Below are positions 1-8,923 of a stretch of 32,000 bases of DNA, in pieces. Positions within the stretch are counted from its first letter, which is position 1, and the number at the start of each line of letters is the position of its first letter. The notes below the pieces were generated by a model. It saw only the letters and a list, made by a program, of their open reading frames with translations, was not told the origin of the DNA and ran no database searches. The translations under genes were made by a program, and so were the position numbers. This DNA comes from Acinetobacter wanghuae (lineage in GTDB: Bacteria; Pseudomonadota; Gammaproteobacteria; Pseudomonadales; Moraxellaceae): the NCBI RefSeq assembly GCF_009557235.1, contig NZ_CP045650.1, forward strand, positions 2,250,001-2,282,000. The letters are read 5' to 3'.

Positions 1-884
1 CGTTTGATACGCTCATGTTCTAACAATTTTTTAAAAGAAGTGCCTTCATCATTCAACTGCCGCTGTAATGTGCGCATAGACAGATTTAACACATCCGCCA
101 ATTGTTTAATTTTCATGACTTTTTGTTTGTTTCTAAGATGTTCCGCAATGTGTTTCTGCGCACGCTGTAGAGTCGACTCAATCTGAGCCTTATCGGAAAT
201 CGCTTGCTCTGCTTGTTGTAAGAGCAATTGCAATAACATCGGGTCTGGTTGTTCAGACTTAAGATTTAGACCGTGTACATCAATAATAAAACCATAATGA
301 TCTTGAGCAAACGATATGGGTGCGGCAAAGAAATGCTGCACATATTTCGCTGCCATTTTAGGTTTATGGGCAAAGTTGACCTGCTTGAGTAGCAATTGAT
401 GGTGTTCTAGAATTGAACGTGCTAACTGCAACATTGCCGCCATGGTTAGTTCATTGAGTAGATTATATTTTTCATCCAAAAACGCCCAACACAGCTCAAT
501 TTCATTGGCACTTTGTTTTAGTTGTACTGGTACCAATTCATTGCCATCAATCACTAAGCGCTGAAAACGCATGATATAGCCAATCATTTCTGCAAGGTCT
601 TGGCTTTTTGATGCCATATAGCCTAGCAACCCGAAATGTTCTGGACGAATCGCGTCAACAATATTAAAAATTAATTGCGGTCGGTTTAAGTGCTTTTGAG
701 TCGTGAAGATGATGCGATTGAGCAATGCAAGTGGCACTTGAGTATCAAAGGATTGCTCAAGTCGCGACCCAAGCTCATGTTGAAACTCCTGCAAAAACTC
801 AGCCGTTAATGGTTCTATACCTTGGCTGCGCAAATAACTTGCCCACAATTGAATATAACCATTTGAGATATAAACATCTTGCAT
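1..884 (-). CDS. AraC/XylS-family transcriptional regulator; C-terminus cut by the left window edge
   Basis: Not in the ORF track because it runs off the edge. My hand translation from the ATG at 884 gives MQDVYISNGYIQLWASYLRSQGIEPLTAEF...KIKQLADVLNLSMRTLQRQLNDEGTSFKKLLEHERIK with no stop down to position 1. The last ~40 aa are the start of an AraC-type HTH. The first ~230 aa resemble the AraC-type ligand-binding (Arabinose_bd-like) domain. It is divergent from the hydrolase gene at 1004. Confidence 0.8.
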   Translation of the reverse strand, partial: MQDVYISNGYIQLWASYLRSQGIEPLTAEFLQEFQHELGSRLEQSFDTQVPLALLNRIIFTTQKHLNRPQLIFNIVDAIRPEHFGLLGYMASKSQDLAEMIGYIMRFQRLVIDGNELVPVQLKQSANEIELCWAFLDEKYNLLNELTMAAMLQLARSILEHHQLLLKQVNFAHKPKMAAKYVQHFFAAPISFAQDHYGFIIDVHGLNLKSEQPDPMLLQLLLQQAEQAISDKAQIESTLQRAQKHIAEHLRNKQKVMKIKQLADVLNLSMRTLQRQLNDEGTSFKKLLEHERIK

Positions 885-1003
885 GCAGCGCCCCTTTTAA
901 GCATCTTGAATCGGTAAATTATTGTTATTATTTGGCATAAAATGTATAAAAAATGGCTGTAACTGTCAAAACAATTCAGTGACTGTAGGAGATACTGTTA
1001 TCA

Positions 1004-1906
1004 TTGCCATCACACAGAATAATCAAAATGAATGCAGTCCTAAAAACCCCTATTCACCCTGTGGTTCGCAGCAATCTTGATTTTAAACTGAATGACATTC
1101 CGCGCTATTGGTTTGGGGGTGATCCATTTATCACGCGGATGTTTGATGCCTTAAGCCTGACATTTCCTGACGGCGAACGCTATTTTATTCAAAGTGTACG
1201 TTTGTTTCGCGACCAGATTACCGATCCTGATTTACAAAAACGCGTGGCTGACTTTATTCGTCAAGAAGCGCAACATGGCATTGCCCATGAAAAAATGAAT
1301 CAGGTGATGCGTGAACAAGGCATGCCTGTTAATCAATTTATTGCACGCTTAAATCAAATTTTTAAATTTGAACTCGAAAAACGTTCACCTCAATACAATA
1401 TTGCCATGACAGCTGCGGCTGAACATTTAACAGCGCTGATGGCAGAAACATTTTATGGTCATAAATCGACATTAAGGCATGGGCATCCTTATGTGAGAGC
1501 ATTATTTGCATGGCATGCGATTGAGGAAATGGAACACCGCGATGTGGCATTTGATGTGATGAAAGACGTTGCGAAAACTCCTGAATGGTTAAGAAGGTCG
1601 ACGCTCCTCACCACTACCGTCTTGATGTTTGCTTTCACACTGTATCGCGCCAATGTCATGCTGAAATATGATGGCTTTAGTCCGTTACAGCGCTTACACA
1701 TGAATATTAAAGGGTTGCCTTGGTTCTTTGGTAAAAATGGCACCTTAACGCGCATGAGTAAGCAATATCGAGATTGGTTTAAAACCGATTTTCACCCAAG
1801 TCAACATCCTGTTATTGCACAATATGATGTTTGGGTTAAAACACTTGAAGAAACCAATGATCCAATTCAGGCTGGAGAAGCTTTTTGGCAAGCAGCGAAA
1901 GATTGA
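1004..1906 (+). CDS. Predicted metal-dependent hydrolase (PF10118-like)
   Basis: 300-aa ORF. Segments WFGGDPFITRMFDALSLTFPDGERYFI, FIRQEAQHGIAHE and HAIEEMEHRDVAFDV match my memory of the PF10118 family. The track start 1004 is a TTG 11 nt after AGGAGA (987-992); the ATG at 1028 is an alternative start. Confidence 0.7.
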   Translation: MPSHRIIKMNAVLKTPIHPVVRSNLDFKLNDIPRYWFGGDPFITRMFDALSLTFPDGERYFIQSVRLFRDQITDPDLQKRVADFIRQEAQHGIAHEKMNQVMREQGMPVNQFIARLNQIFKFELEKRSPQYNIAMTAAAEHLTALMAETFYGHKSTLRHGHPYVRALFAWHAIEEMEHRDVAFDVMKDVAKTPEWLRRSTLLTTTVLMFAFTLYRANVMLKYDGFSPLQRLHMNIKGLPWFFGKNGTLTRMSKQYRDWFKTDFHPSQHPVIAQYDVWVKTLEETNDPIQAGEAFWQAAKD

Positions 1907-1910
1907 ATCG

Positions 1911-1941
1911 AAAAAAGCCTTCTCATCTGAAGGCTTTTTTT
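1911..1941. terminator. Bidirectional intrinsic terminator between convergent genes
   Basis: AAAAAAGCCTTC-tcatct-GAAGGCTTTTTTT: a 7-bp GC-containing stem flanked by an A-run and a T-run. It lies between the stop at 1906 (+) and the stop at 1943 (-). Confidence 0.85.
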
Positions 1942-1942
1942 A

Positions 1943-2944
1943 TTACCACTTGGCATAGTGTTGTTCTAATAATCCATATTCATTCGAAAAGACAATATCT
2001 TGATCATCCTGCTGAATCGTTCCACTAATTTTCGCTTGCCATTGGCTAAACTGACTTCCGACCAAACGTAAATTTAGATTTTCAAAACGGCGCCATCCTG
2101 TGGTTAATGTCAGATTTAGTTTTTCATCTAAAGATCGAATCTTCCACTGATTTTCATCTAACTGTTCAAAAAGAACATCAGCTAAAGCATACATCTGTCC
2201 ATTGAACCAGAGACAATTTTCGTTGCCAAAACTTTCATTGACGCCCGATGCCAAATTAATTCCGACACGATTTTGCTTGGCATCCCAAAAATTACAGGAC
2301 AACCAAAACCAAGCTGTTTCAGGTCTTAAGAAACCACAAGTGTCATCTAAGGAAGCAAAAGTACGCTCGTTAAATTGGATAGTCTGTCCATGTTTATTTT
2401 CAAAATAACCTTCACAACCCAAAGTGGTGAGCTTTTGCGTATATGTCCAACCATTAATACCCGTTGGACTACACATACTTAAGGGGTCTGTGCCAGCACA
2501 AAAAATTCGAGCACTCAGTTGAATTTCACCATATTTGCTCACACTGATATAGCGCACACCATTGGCATGTTGAATATCGACTTGAAAGGGCGAATGATGA
2601 AAATAGCTATGATTAAACAGGGGTTGTTCATCAACTACTGTATGCCGTGCAAATAGATTGATGGTATTCCAATCCATCACATCGCCACTTAAATGATCAT
2701 AAACATAGACGAAACTATGTCCTGCCCAAGCAATATCTGCGATTGCAAGACCAATGGTGTAATGTTCATGTTGAATACTACAGAACTTAAATTTTTTATA
2801 TTTTAAATGTTTACGCCAGCCTTTTAAGACTTCGCCATAAGGTGTTTTATACTGATACGCCCCATAATGAATACTTTGCGGGACTTCTTTAAAACGGCCG
2901 TAACGTGGTTGCCCATTTGCCTGAATCAAATCCATTGATGACAT
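1943..2944 (-). CDS. DUF2804-like hypothetical protein
   Basis: 333-aa uninterrupted ORF with no TM segment. The overall sequence (e.g. GFLRPETAWFWLSCNFWD) resembles DUF2804 proteins from memory. No functional motif is known to me. Confidence 0.6.
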   Translation of the reverse strand: MSSMDLIQANGQPRYGRFKEVPQSIHYGAYQYKTPYGEVLKGWRKHLKYKKFKFCSIQHEHYTIGLAIADIAWAGHSFVYVYDHLSGDVMDWNTINLFARHTVVDEQPLFNHSYFHHSPFQVDIQHANGVRYISVSKYGEIQLSARIFCAGTDPLSMCSPTGINGWTYTQKLTTLGCEGYFENKHGQTIQFNERTFASLDDTCGFLRPETAWFWLSCNFWDAKQNRVGINLASGVNESFGNENCLWFNGQMYALADVLFEQLDENQWKIRSLDEKLNLTLTTGWRRFENLNLRLVGSQFSQWQAKISGTIQQDDQDIVFSNEYGLLEQHYAKW

Positions 2945-3062
2945 TCCATGACAGTCTTTAAGTTTTTCTTCAAAGCTATTATGCCTAAGAAATGGATTTG
3001 ATCACAATATTTCAGATATAAATCAAACGCCCAAAGCGATTAACTTAAAATATCGTTATAAA

Positions 3063-3572
3063 TCAAATGTTAATATAACAATTTTCCCAATGATTACCGA
3101 CAAACTCAGCTTCAACCAATTGCACATAACGACCATGCACATGATCAATCGCAATACAGTCATCGACATCAAGTACACGGTCGGTATGTTGTTTTTGCCA
3201 ATGGGCTGCAAAGTAGTTTTTACCGCGCTGTTTTGCCACCATCGCATTTTGTGCGACCACCAACACGTAACGATGTAATTCACCAAACTCACGGGCATCA
3301 TAGCCACCCAAATTAATCAGCCATAATTTTTCATCAGCTTGATTCGGTGCTGCATCAGTAAATTGTAGTTGGTATTTTTTGCCTTCAAATTCCACGCCAT
3401 TGATTTGTGCCCAAGCATCAATATGTAAACCTTTTTGCTCGCCAAACCATGCATTTTTGAGCTGTGGATAGGTCTCCTCTAAGCTCTCTCCAACTGCAAG
3501 AACAACATCGTGCACTTCTGTGTTAGCACGGGCGTGGCGACCACCGAGCATGACGATAAATAAACTAGGCAT
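3063..3572 (-). CDS. DUF1543-like protein with an internal duplication
   Basis: The track ORF 3063..3635 is trimmed to the ATG at 3572, which is preceded by AAGGAA. Two related half-domains are visible: LFIVMLGGRHARANTEVHDVVLAV and LWLINLGGYDAREFGELHRYVLVV. The MLGGRH-type signature recalls DUF1543. Confidence 0.6.
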   Translation of the reverse strand: MPSLFIVMLGGRHARANTEVHDVVLAVGESLEETYPQLKNAWFGEQKGLHIDAWAQINGVEFEGKKYQLQFTDAAPNQADEKLWLINLGGYDAREFGELHRYVLVVAQNAMVAKQRGKNYFAAHWQKQHTDRVLDVDDCIAIDHVHGRYVQLVEAEFVGNHWENCYINI

Positions 3573-3737
3573 GTTGAGATTCCTTTGGCAGTTAGCGAGG
3601 AAACCTGATGATACTTGAAGTATGGCCTTTACCACTATTGAAAAGGATGAATAAACGCTGTTGTTATTTTTTATAGATGGTGAAAGATTCGAGCAACTGT
3701 ATTTTTAAATATAAATCACCATTCTTTGATAGGTGTT

Positions 3738-4005
3738 GGCGACATGGATATCGCCGTTGAGAGTATTACAGGGAGGTAATATCTGCTCAACAAAAAGCCT
3801 TTGGTTGCTTTGGGCTTTTCCAAAGTAACGTAAAAGATCATCTAGCAAATCATACTTTTATACCTGAAGCTAAAATTAATCCCTATTTCAAAATGCCTTA
3901 CTTTTGTTTCGGCAAAATGAGAAGCGTAGCTTCGCAAGAAAACCACTTTGTATTTCTGATGATACTTCCCTGTATCACAGAAACACAGGTGACATCCATG
4001 TCACC
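3738..4005. repeat. ~270-bp element bounded by ~60-bp imperfect terminal inverted repeats (MITE-like element or long-hairpin RNA locus)
   Basis: The left end is GGCGACATGGATATCGCC...TATTACAGGGAGGTAATATC. The reverse complement of the right end is GGTGACATGGATGTCACC...TGATACAGGGAAGTATCATC. By hand alignment that is 15/18 and 15/20 identities, with a 2-nt indel between the blocks. The right terminus GGTGACAT-CC-ATGTCACC is itself a perfect 8-bp palindrome. There is no ORF of 60 aa or more inside. Confidence 0.45.
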
Positions 4006-4053
4006 GATTCACAACTCAAATTTTAGGAAAATATTTTAGCTTTTTGGGGGAAA

Positions 4054-4095
4054 TAAAAAATCGCATCCAATGGCTTGAATGCGATTTTTATTTTT
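4054..4095 (-). terminator. Intrinsic terminator downstream of trpB (hairpin with A/T runs on both sides)
   Basis: AAAAAA-TCGCAT..ccaatggcttga..ATGCGA-TTTTTATTTTT. On the minus strand the hairpin is followed by TTTTTTATTT. Confidence 0.7.
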
Positions 4096-4129
4096 AACCT
4101 CTCCCAAACCCTCTCCTAATAGGAGAGGA
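4096..4129. repeat. REP-like repeat, copy 1 (CCTCTCC-N5-CCTCTCC-N5-GGAGAGG)
   Basis: AACCTCTCCCAAACCCTCTCCTAATAGGAGAGGA lies 11 nt beyond the trpB stop. It is about 29/34 identical to the copy at 13793..13827 and can fold as a 7-bp GC-rich hairpin. Confidence 0.6.
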
Positions 4130-4140
4130 CTTCGAGAAAG

Positions 4141-5385
4141 TTACATCTCTACCATTTCCACGCCATCAATACGTGCAACAGTCATCAAATCTTTATCACC
4201 ACGACCTGAAACGGTGGCAATGATGATTTGATCTTTATCCATCGTTGGCGCAAGTTTTGTCACATATGCCATCGCATGTGAGCTTTCAAGCGCAGGAATA
4301 ATCCCTTCAATTTGAGTCAAATCACGGAAACCTTGCAATGCTTCTTGGTCATTGATCGGTACGTATTTCACACGATCCATATCTTTTAAGAAGCTATGTT
4401 CAGGACCCACACCCGGATAATCTAGACCCGCAGAAATTGAATGCGTTTCAATAATCTGACCTTGCTCATCAGACATCAAATATGTGCGGTTTCCATGCAA
4501 CACACCGACATGACCTGCGTTTAATGGCGCAGAGTGTTTACCAGTTTCAATACCGTAACCTGCGGCTTCCACACCATACATTTTCACATCAGAATCGTTT
4601 AAGAATGGATAGAACAAGCCCATCGCATTTGAACCACCGCCGACACAAGCAACCAAGGCATCAGGTAAACGACCCGCTTGTTCTTGAATTTGTTTACGCG
4701 CTTCGCGACCAATAATCGATTGAAAATCACGTACCAATTGCGGATATGGATGTGGACCTGCCACAGTACCAATCACGTAATAGGTTGAATCTACGTTGGT
4801 CACCCAATCGCGCATCGCTTCGTTCATGGCATCTTTTAAGGTTTTAGAGCCACTTTCCACTGGCACAACCGTTGCACCCAATAAACGCATACGATACACA
4901 TTCATGGCTTGACGTTTCACGTCATCTGCGCCCATGAATACTACACATTCAAGCCCTAAACGTGCTGCAATCGTTGCAGTTGCAACACCATGCTGACCTG
5001 CACCTGTTTCAGCAATAATACGTTTTTTACCTGAAAGCTTAGCAAGCAATGCCTGACCAATCGTGTTGTTGACTTTGTGAGAACCCGTATGGTTTAAGTC
5101 TTCACGTTTTAAGTAAATTTGCGCACCACCCAACTCTTTCGACCATCGTTCAGCATGATACAGTGGACTTGGACGACCGACATAAAAGCTAAGGTCACGG
5201 TCGAATTCTGCCAAAAACTGTTCGTCATTTTTCATACGGAAGTATAGCTTTTCTAGATCTTCTAGAGCCGCCATCAGAGTTTCTGACACAAAACGCCCGC
5301 CATGGATACCGAAATGCCCACGTTCATCGGGGTATTGGGTATAGTCAATCACTTGATCGTTTTGATTAACAGTTTGCTGATCCAC
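4141..5385 (-). CDS. trpB: Tryptophan synthase beta chain
   Basis: PLP-lysine motif [19 protein letters not shown] and [11 protein letters not shown] are present, and the ORF is full length. I prefer the GTG at 5385, which sits 6 nt after AAGGAG, over the track ATG at 5457. That ATG would add ~24 aa and overlap trpF by 92 nt. Confidence 0.95.
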   Translation of the reverse strand: MDQQTVNQNDQVIDYTQYPDERGHFGIHGGRFVSETLMAALEDLEKLYFRMKNDEQFLAEFDRDLSFYVGRPSPLYHAERWSKELGGAQIYLKREDLNHTGSHKVNNTIGQALLAKLSGKKRIIAETGAGQHGVATATIAARLGLECVVFMGADDVKRQAMNVYRMRLLGATVVPVESGSKTLKDAMNEAMRDWVTNVDSTYYVIGTVAGPHPYPQLVRDFQSIIGREARKQIQEQAGRLPDALVACVGGGSNAMGLFYPFLNDSDVKMYGVEAAGYGIETGKHSAPLNAGHVGVLHGNRTYLMSDEQGQIIETHSISAGLDYPGVGPEHSFLKDMDRVKYVPINDQEALQGFRDLTQIEGIIPALESSHAMAYVTKLAPTMDKDQIIIATVSGRGDKDLMTVARIDGVEMVEM

Positions 5386-6010
5386 GAAGGACTCCTTGCA
5401 TAAAGCGTTCGATGAGTTGTTGGTCTTTAATACCTTTAGCGGACTCGACACCGCCACTCACATCCACAGCATAGGCTTGTGTGGTGAGTATTGCCTGCTC
5501 GATATTGTCAGGGTTTAAGCCCCCTGCCAAGATCAAGGGAATATTTAGTTTGGGAAATGTCGTCCAATCAAAGCTGTGCCCTGTGCCACCTTTGAGTTCA
5601 GGATGCCATGCGTCTAATAAGACTGCGCTCGCACCTGCTGACGCAAAACGTGTAATTTCAGTGGCTACATCTAAATCAGGTTTCATTTGAATGGCTTTAT
5701 ACCAACGGCGCCCGAGCATTGTCGCAATGGTTTGACATTGTTCAGGCGTTTCATCGCCATGAAATTGTAAAATATCAATCTTTGCTGTTTTTAAAATCTG
5801 TTGGATCTCTTCAAGTGCATGATTGACGAATAACCCAACCGTTTGTACATAAGGTGGAACTGCCTGAATCAGCTCGGCGGCTTGCTCAGCTGTCACAGCG
5901 CGTGGACTGGGTGGATAAAATACCAAACCAATCGCATCTGCACCGGCATTCACCACAGATTGGATGTCTTCTCGTCGTGTAATTCCACAAATTTTGGCAC
6001 GCGTTCGCAT
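5366..6010 (-). CDS. trpF: N-(5'-phosphoribosyl)anthranilate isomerase
   Basis: [26 protein letters not shown] and LAGGLNPDN are present. It lies directly upstream of trpB and overlaps it (the trpFB arrangement). Confidence 0.93.
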   Translation of the reverse strand: MRTRAKICGITRREDIQSVVNAGADAIGLVFYPPSPRAVTAEQAAELIQAVPPYVQTVGLFVNHALEEIQQILKTAKIDILQFHGDETPEQCQTIATMLGRRWYKAIQMKPDLDVATEITRFASAGASAVLLDAWHPELKGGTGHSFDWTTFPKLNIPLILAGGLNPDNIEQAILTTQAYAVDVSGGVESAKGIKDQQLIERFMQGVLRGSANC

Positions 6011-6038
6011 ATTTTTTTAACTCTTACCCTCTGCCAAT

Positions 6039-6066
6039 GTTATAGCCGATCTATAAAATTGGACAA
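6039..6066 (-). promoter_or_regulatory. Candidate sigma70 promoter for trpFB
   Basis: The minus strand reads TTGTCC-16 nt-TATAAC about 30 nt upstream of the trpF ATG. This is a pattern match only. Confidence 0.3.
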
Positions 6067-6127
6067 ATCATTGTAAAGGAATTTTTTAGGCTTGCGTAAA
6101 GTTCGCACTCATATTTATCTATCTAGA

Positions 6128-6156
6128 TTGTTTAAACCTAAGCCACTCTTTATACT
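6128..6156 (+). promoter_or_regulatory. Candidate sigma70 promoter for the riboswitch-btuB transcript
   Basis: TTGTTT-17 nt-TATACT, placed just upstream of the riboswitch P1 strand. Confidence 0.4.
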
Positions 6157-6164
6157 TGCGCCAA

Positions 6165-6392
6165 CTTGCAACAAGTTTAAGCACATGCTTTAGGGAAGTT
6201 GGTGCAAATCCAACACTGCCCCCGCAACGGTAAAATGAAACGTTTATCTTTATAAATCAAAATGATTTACACCACTGTAGGCAACTATGGGAAGGTGGAT
6301 ATTCAGCACCAGTTTGTGCACATTTCAGTCCGGATACCTGCTTGTTGTGTTCTGTCACTCAATCATTCACGGGGAAGTGAATGTATGGAGCA
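6165..6392 (+). promoter_or_regulatory. Cobalamin (B12) riboswitch with expression platform
   Basis: Conserved core AGGGAAGTTGGTGCAAATCCAACACTGCCCCCGCAACGGTAA (6192-6233). B12 box AGTCCGGATACCTGC (6327-6341). P1 pairing is GCAACAAG (6168-6175) with CTTGTTGT (6341-6348). A CATTCAC-ggggaa-GTGAATG hairpin sits just before the btuB SD (GGAG 6387-6390). Confidence 0.85.
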
Positions 6393-6396
6393 TTAC

Positions 6397-8247
6397 ATGT
6401 CTATTCAATTTCAACCGACTGCCTTGGTCGGTGCGATCGCACTTGCATTGGGTTTCACTTCATCTGTTCACGCTGCTGAACAAAAAATTGCCAAAGCTTC
6501 TTTAGATACAATTGTGGTCACAGCCGCACGTTCTGAACAAAACATTAAAGATGTACCAGCACGCATCTCAATTATTGAACCGAAAATCATTGAACAGTCA
6601 CCGATTGCCCAATTTTCTGACTTACTCCGTTCTGAAGCTGCAATTAATGTCGTTCAACTCGGCGGTTATGGTCAGCAAACTTCGATCTTTATGCGTGGTA
6701 CGGATTCAGACCACACTTTAGTACTCCGTGATGGCGTACGACTGAATAATGAAGCGAGTGGTGCAACCTCGTTAAACTTTCTCGATACCACTGACATTAA
6801 ACAAATTGAAGTGTTAAAAGGTCCTGCTTCCGTCTTGTATGGCACCAATGCCATTGGTGGTGTTGTGCAAATTATTTCCAAAACACCGCAGAAATCAGCT
6901 GCCTTTATTACGGCTGAAGTGGGTGAGCACAACACTTATAAAAGCTTAATTGGCGCAGACTTTGCGGAAAATGACCTCTTTGCCCAAGTGCGTGGTCAGC
7001 GTTTAGAAAGTAATGGCACCAAGATTAGTGACCATCAAGATGCGATTGCTTCGAATTATGACCAAAAAGGCTTTTCTGCCAAGGTTGGACTTGAAAAAGC
7101 TCATTATGGTTTCAGCCTAGACTATAGTGAAAATGAAGGCACTTCGGTCTATCAAGGCTTTGACTGGGCCAGCGATAGCTATGTTAATAAAGCCCATACG
7201 TTTGAAAATAATATCACCACCTTAAAAGCGTATGCACAGCTGAATCCAAGCCTACGCGCTGATGCACGCATTTCACAATTTAAAGACCGTCTAGAACAGC
7301 TGAAAAGTTTTGAAATTACCGAATATACCGCCAATGAATATGAGCTGATGTTCAAACAGCAACTGGGCAGTAAACAAAATGTGAACGTCGGTGTTACACA
7401 TAAAGACTTGGAAACCGAAACCAACAAGCCTCTGTCTTCATTTGCACAGCAACTCGATACCACAGGTTACTATATTCAACACCAATACCAATGCGATCGC
7501 CTGAATACCCAAATTGGTTACCGCCTAGAAGATCATGACAAATATGGCAGCCATGAGGTTGGACAAGCAGGCGTCCGTTATCACTTCAATCCAACATTCA
7601 GTGTCTACAGTAATATTGGCACAGCGTTTAAAGCACCTACGGTAAATGATCTGTACTATGGCTCATCTTCCAATCCCCATTTAAAACCTGAAGAAAGTAT
7701 TTCTTATGAAATTGGGTTTGACCAACAACTCAATAATACATGGTCATTCGGTGCTTCGATTTATCGCACCGACATCAATAACCTCATTGATTATGCTGCT
7801 GTTTCACCATGGAATTTAGACAATATATCGAAAGCTCGGATGCAAGGTGCTGAAGCCTTTATGCATTGGGCACAGGACGATTATTTCTTTAAAACCAGTT
7901 ATCACTATGTCAAAGCGACGAACGAAAAAACCGACACAGAATTATTACGTCGTCCACGTCAAACCCTAAGCATCTCTGCGGGTCTTGAAAATGCGCAATA
8001 TGGTTTAAGTGCCACCGTGATTGCAAAATCTAAAGCTAAAGATTGGGATACCACGCAAAGCACACCGGGTTACGCCACAGTAGATTTACATAGCTATTGG
8101 AATGTGAATCCCAACATCAAATTGTTTAGTAATATTCAAAACGTTGGCGATGTGAACTATAAAGCCGCTTACGATGGCAGTGTGGATGGCGTGTATTACA
8201 TCAACGGCGGTCGCCTTGCTTCACTCGGTGTCACAGTTAAATATTAA
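6397..8247 (+). CDS. btuB: TonB-dependent vitamin B12 outer-membrane receptor
   Basis: Signal peptide MSIQFQPTALVGAIALALGFTSSVHA, TonB box DTIVVTA, a plug domain, a C-terminal beta-barrel ending in an aromatic residue, and an upstream B12 riboswitch. The track start 6262 would translate through the riboswitch. The ATG at 6397 has GGAG 6 nt upstream. Confidence 0.88.
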   Translation: MSIQFQPTALVGAIALALGFTSSVHAAEQKIAKASLDTIVVTAARSEQNIKDVPARISIIEPKIIEQSPIAQFSDLLRSEAAINVVQLGGYGQQTSIFMRGTDSDHTLVLRDGVRLNNEASGATSLNFLDTTDIKQIEVLKGPASVLYGTNAIGGVVQIISKTPQKSAAFITAEVGEHNTYKSLIGADFAENDLFAQVRGQRLESNGTKISDHQDAIASNYDQKGFSAKVGLEKAHYGFSLDYSENEGTSVYQGFDWASDSYVNKAHTFENNITTLKAYAQLNPSLRADARISQFKDRLEQLKSFEITEYTANEYELMFKQQLGSKQNVNVGVTHKDLETETNKPLSSFAQQLDTTGYYIQHQYQCDRLNTQIGYRLEDHDKYGSHEVGQAGVRYHFNPTFSVYSNIGTAFKAPTVNDLYYGSSSNPHLKPEESISYEIGFDQQLNNTWSFGASIYRTDINNLIDYAAVSPWNLDNISKARMQGAEAFMHWAQDDYFFKTSYHYVKATNEKTDTELLRRPRQTLSISAGLENAQYGLSATVIAKSKAKDWDTTQSTPGYATVDLHSYWNVNPNIKLFSNIQNVGDVNYKAAYDGSVDGVYYINGGRLASLGVTVKY

Positions 8248-8271
8248 TTTTAAGCTCTGATAAATACTTTT

Positions 8272-8307
8272 GAGCATCCTGTCATGGCTATGGCATGATG
8301 CTTTTTA
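8272..8307 (+). terminator. Intrinsic terminator after btuB
   Basis: An imperfect hairpin AGCA..TCATG-gctatgg-CATGA-TGCT followed by TTTTT. Confidence 0.55.
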
Positions 8308-8338
8308 TATTTCGCATTTTAAAAACTAAGGAACTCAT

Positions 8339-8923
8339 ATGGGTCACCGTTTAAGTAAAATTTATACCCGCACAGGCGATTCAGGTACCACAGGTCTCGG
8401 TGATGGTTCACGCGTGCCAAAAGATGACTTACGTATTGATGCTTTAGGCGATGTCGATGAACTCAATGCCGTGATTGGCGTACTTCGCTCTCAGATTGCG
8501 ATCAGTAGCATTGCAGACAAAGCCAAGTGGGATAAATCCCTCAGCCTCATTCAACATTGGTTATTCGATTTAGGTGGTGAAGTCTGTATTCCGGGCTTTA
8601 ATCTTGTTTTACCAGTATCGATTGAATTTTTAGAAAATGACATCGATCGTATGAATGAAAGCTTACCGATGCTGAAAGACTTTATTTTACCTGCGGGAAC
8701 CATGGTCTGTAGCCTTGCCCATCAAGCACGTGCAGTCTGCCGCCGCGCAGAACGGAGTGTAATGTCTGTACATGCACGTGATCAAAATATTCAAGCAGCT
8801 TCACTTCAACTTTTAAACCGATTATCGGATTGGTTATTTGTGGCATCACGTACCTTACAACGCAGCGAAGGCGGTTCAGAAGTGCTTTGGCAAAAAAATA
8901 TTCATGAGACCATTGATCAATAA
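8339..8923 (+). CDS. PduO-type ATP:cob(I)alamin adenosyltransferase
   Basis: The N-terminal IYTRTGDSGTTGL motif is typical of the PduO/MMAB family. The size is ~190 aa, AAGGAA lies 6 nt upstream of the ATG, and the gene sits next to btuB. Confidence 0.88.
   Translation: MGHRLSKIYTRTGDSGTTGLGDGSRVPKDDLRIDALGDVDELNAVIGVLRSQIAISSIADKAKWDKSLSLIQHWLFDLGGEVCIPGFNLVLPVSIEFLENDIDRMNESLPMLKDFILPAGTMVCSLAHQARAVCRRAERSVMSVHARDQNIQAASLQLLNRLSDWLFVASRTLQRSEGGSEVLWQKNIHETIDQ

Noticed and set aside
3893-4039. 48-aa plus-strand ORF (MPYFCFGKMRSV...) inside the inverted-repeat element
   Set aside because: It has no SD, it runs through the right terminal inverted repeat, and its sequence is not protein-like. 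It is too short to support from sequence alone.
5386-5457. N-terminal extensions proposed by the longest-ORF track for trpB, and likewise 3573..3635, 6262..6396, 8973..9068, 13234..13320 and 16660..16692
   Set aside because: Each extension overlaps an upstream gene, a terminator or the riboswitch. Each adds residues that are non-homologous to the family as I remember it, and each has a better SD-spaced internal start.
4141-6010. trpF-trpB without an adjacent trpA
   Set aside because: It looks odd compared with E. coli trpCBA. In Acinetobacter, however, trpF and trpB are described as a separate trpFB operon, so this is the expected arrangement for this lineage, not a deletion.
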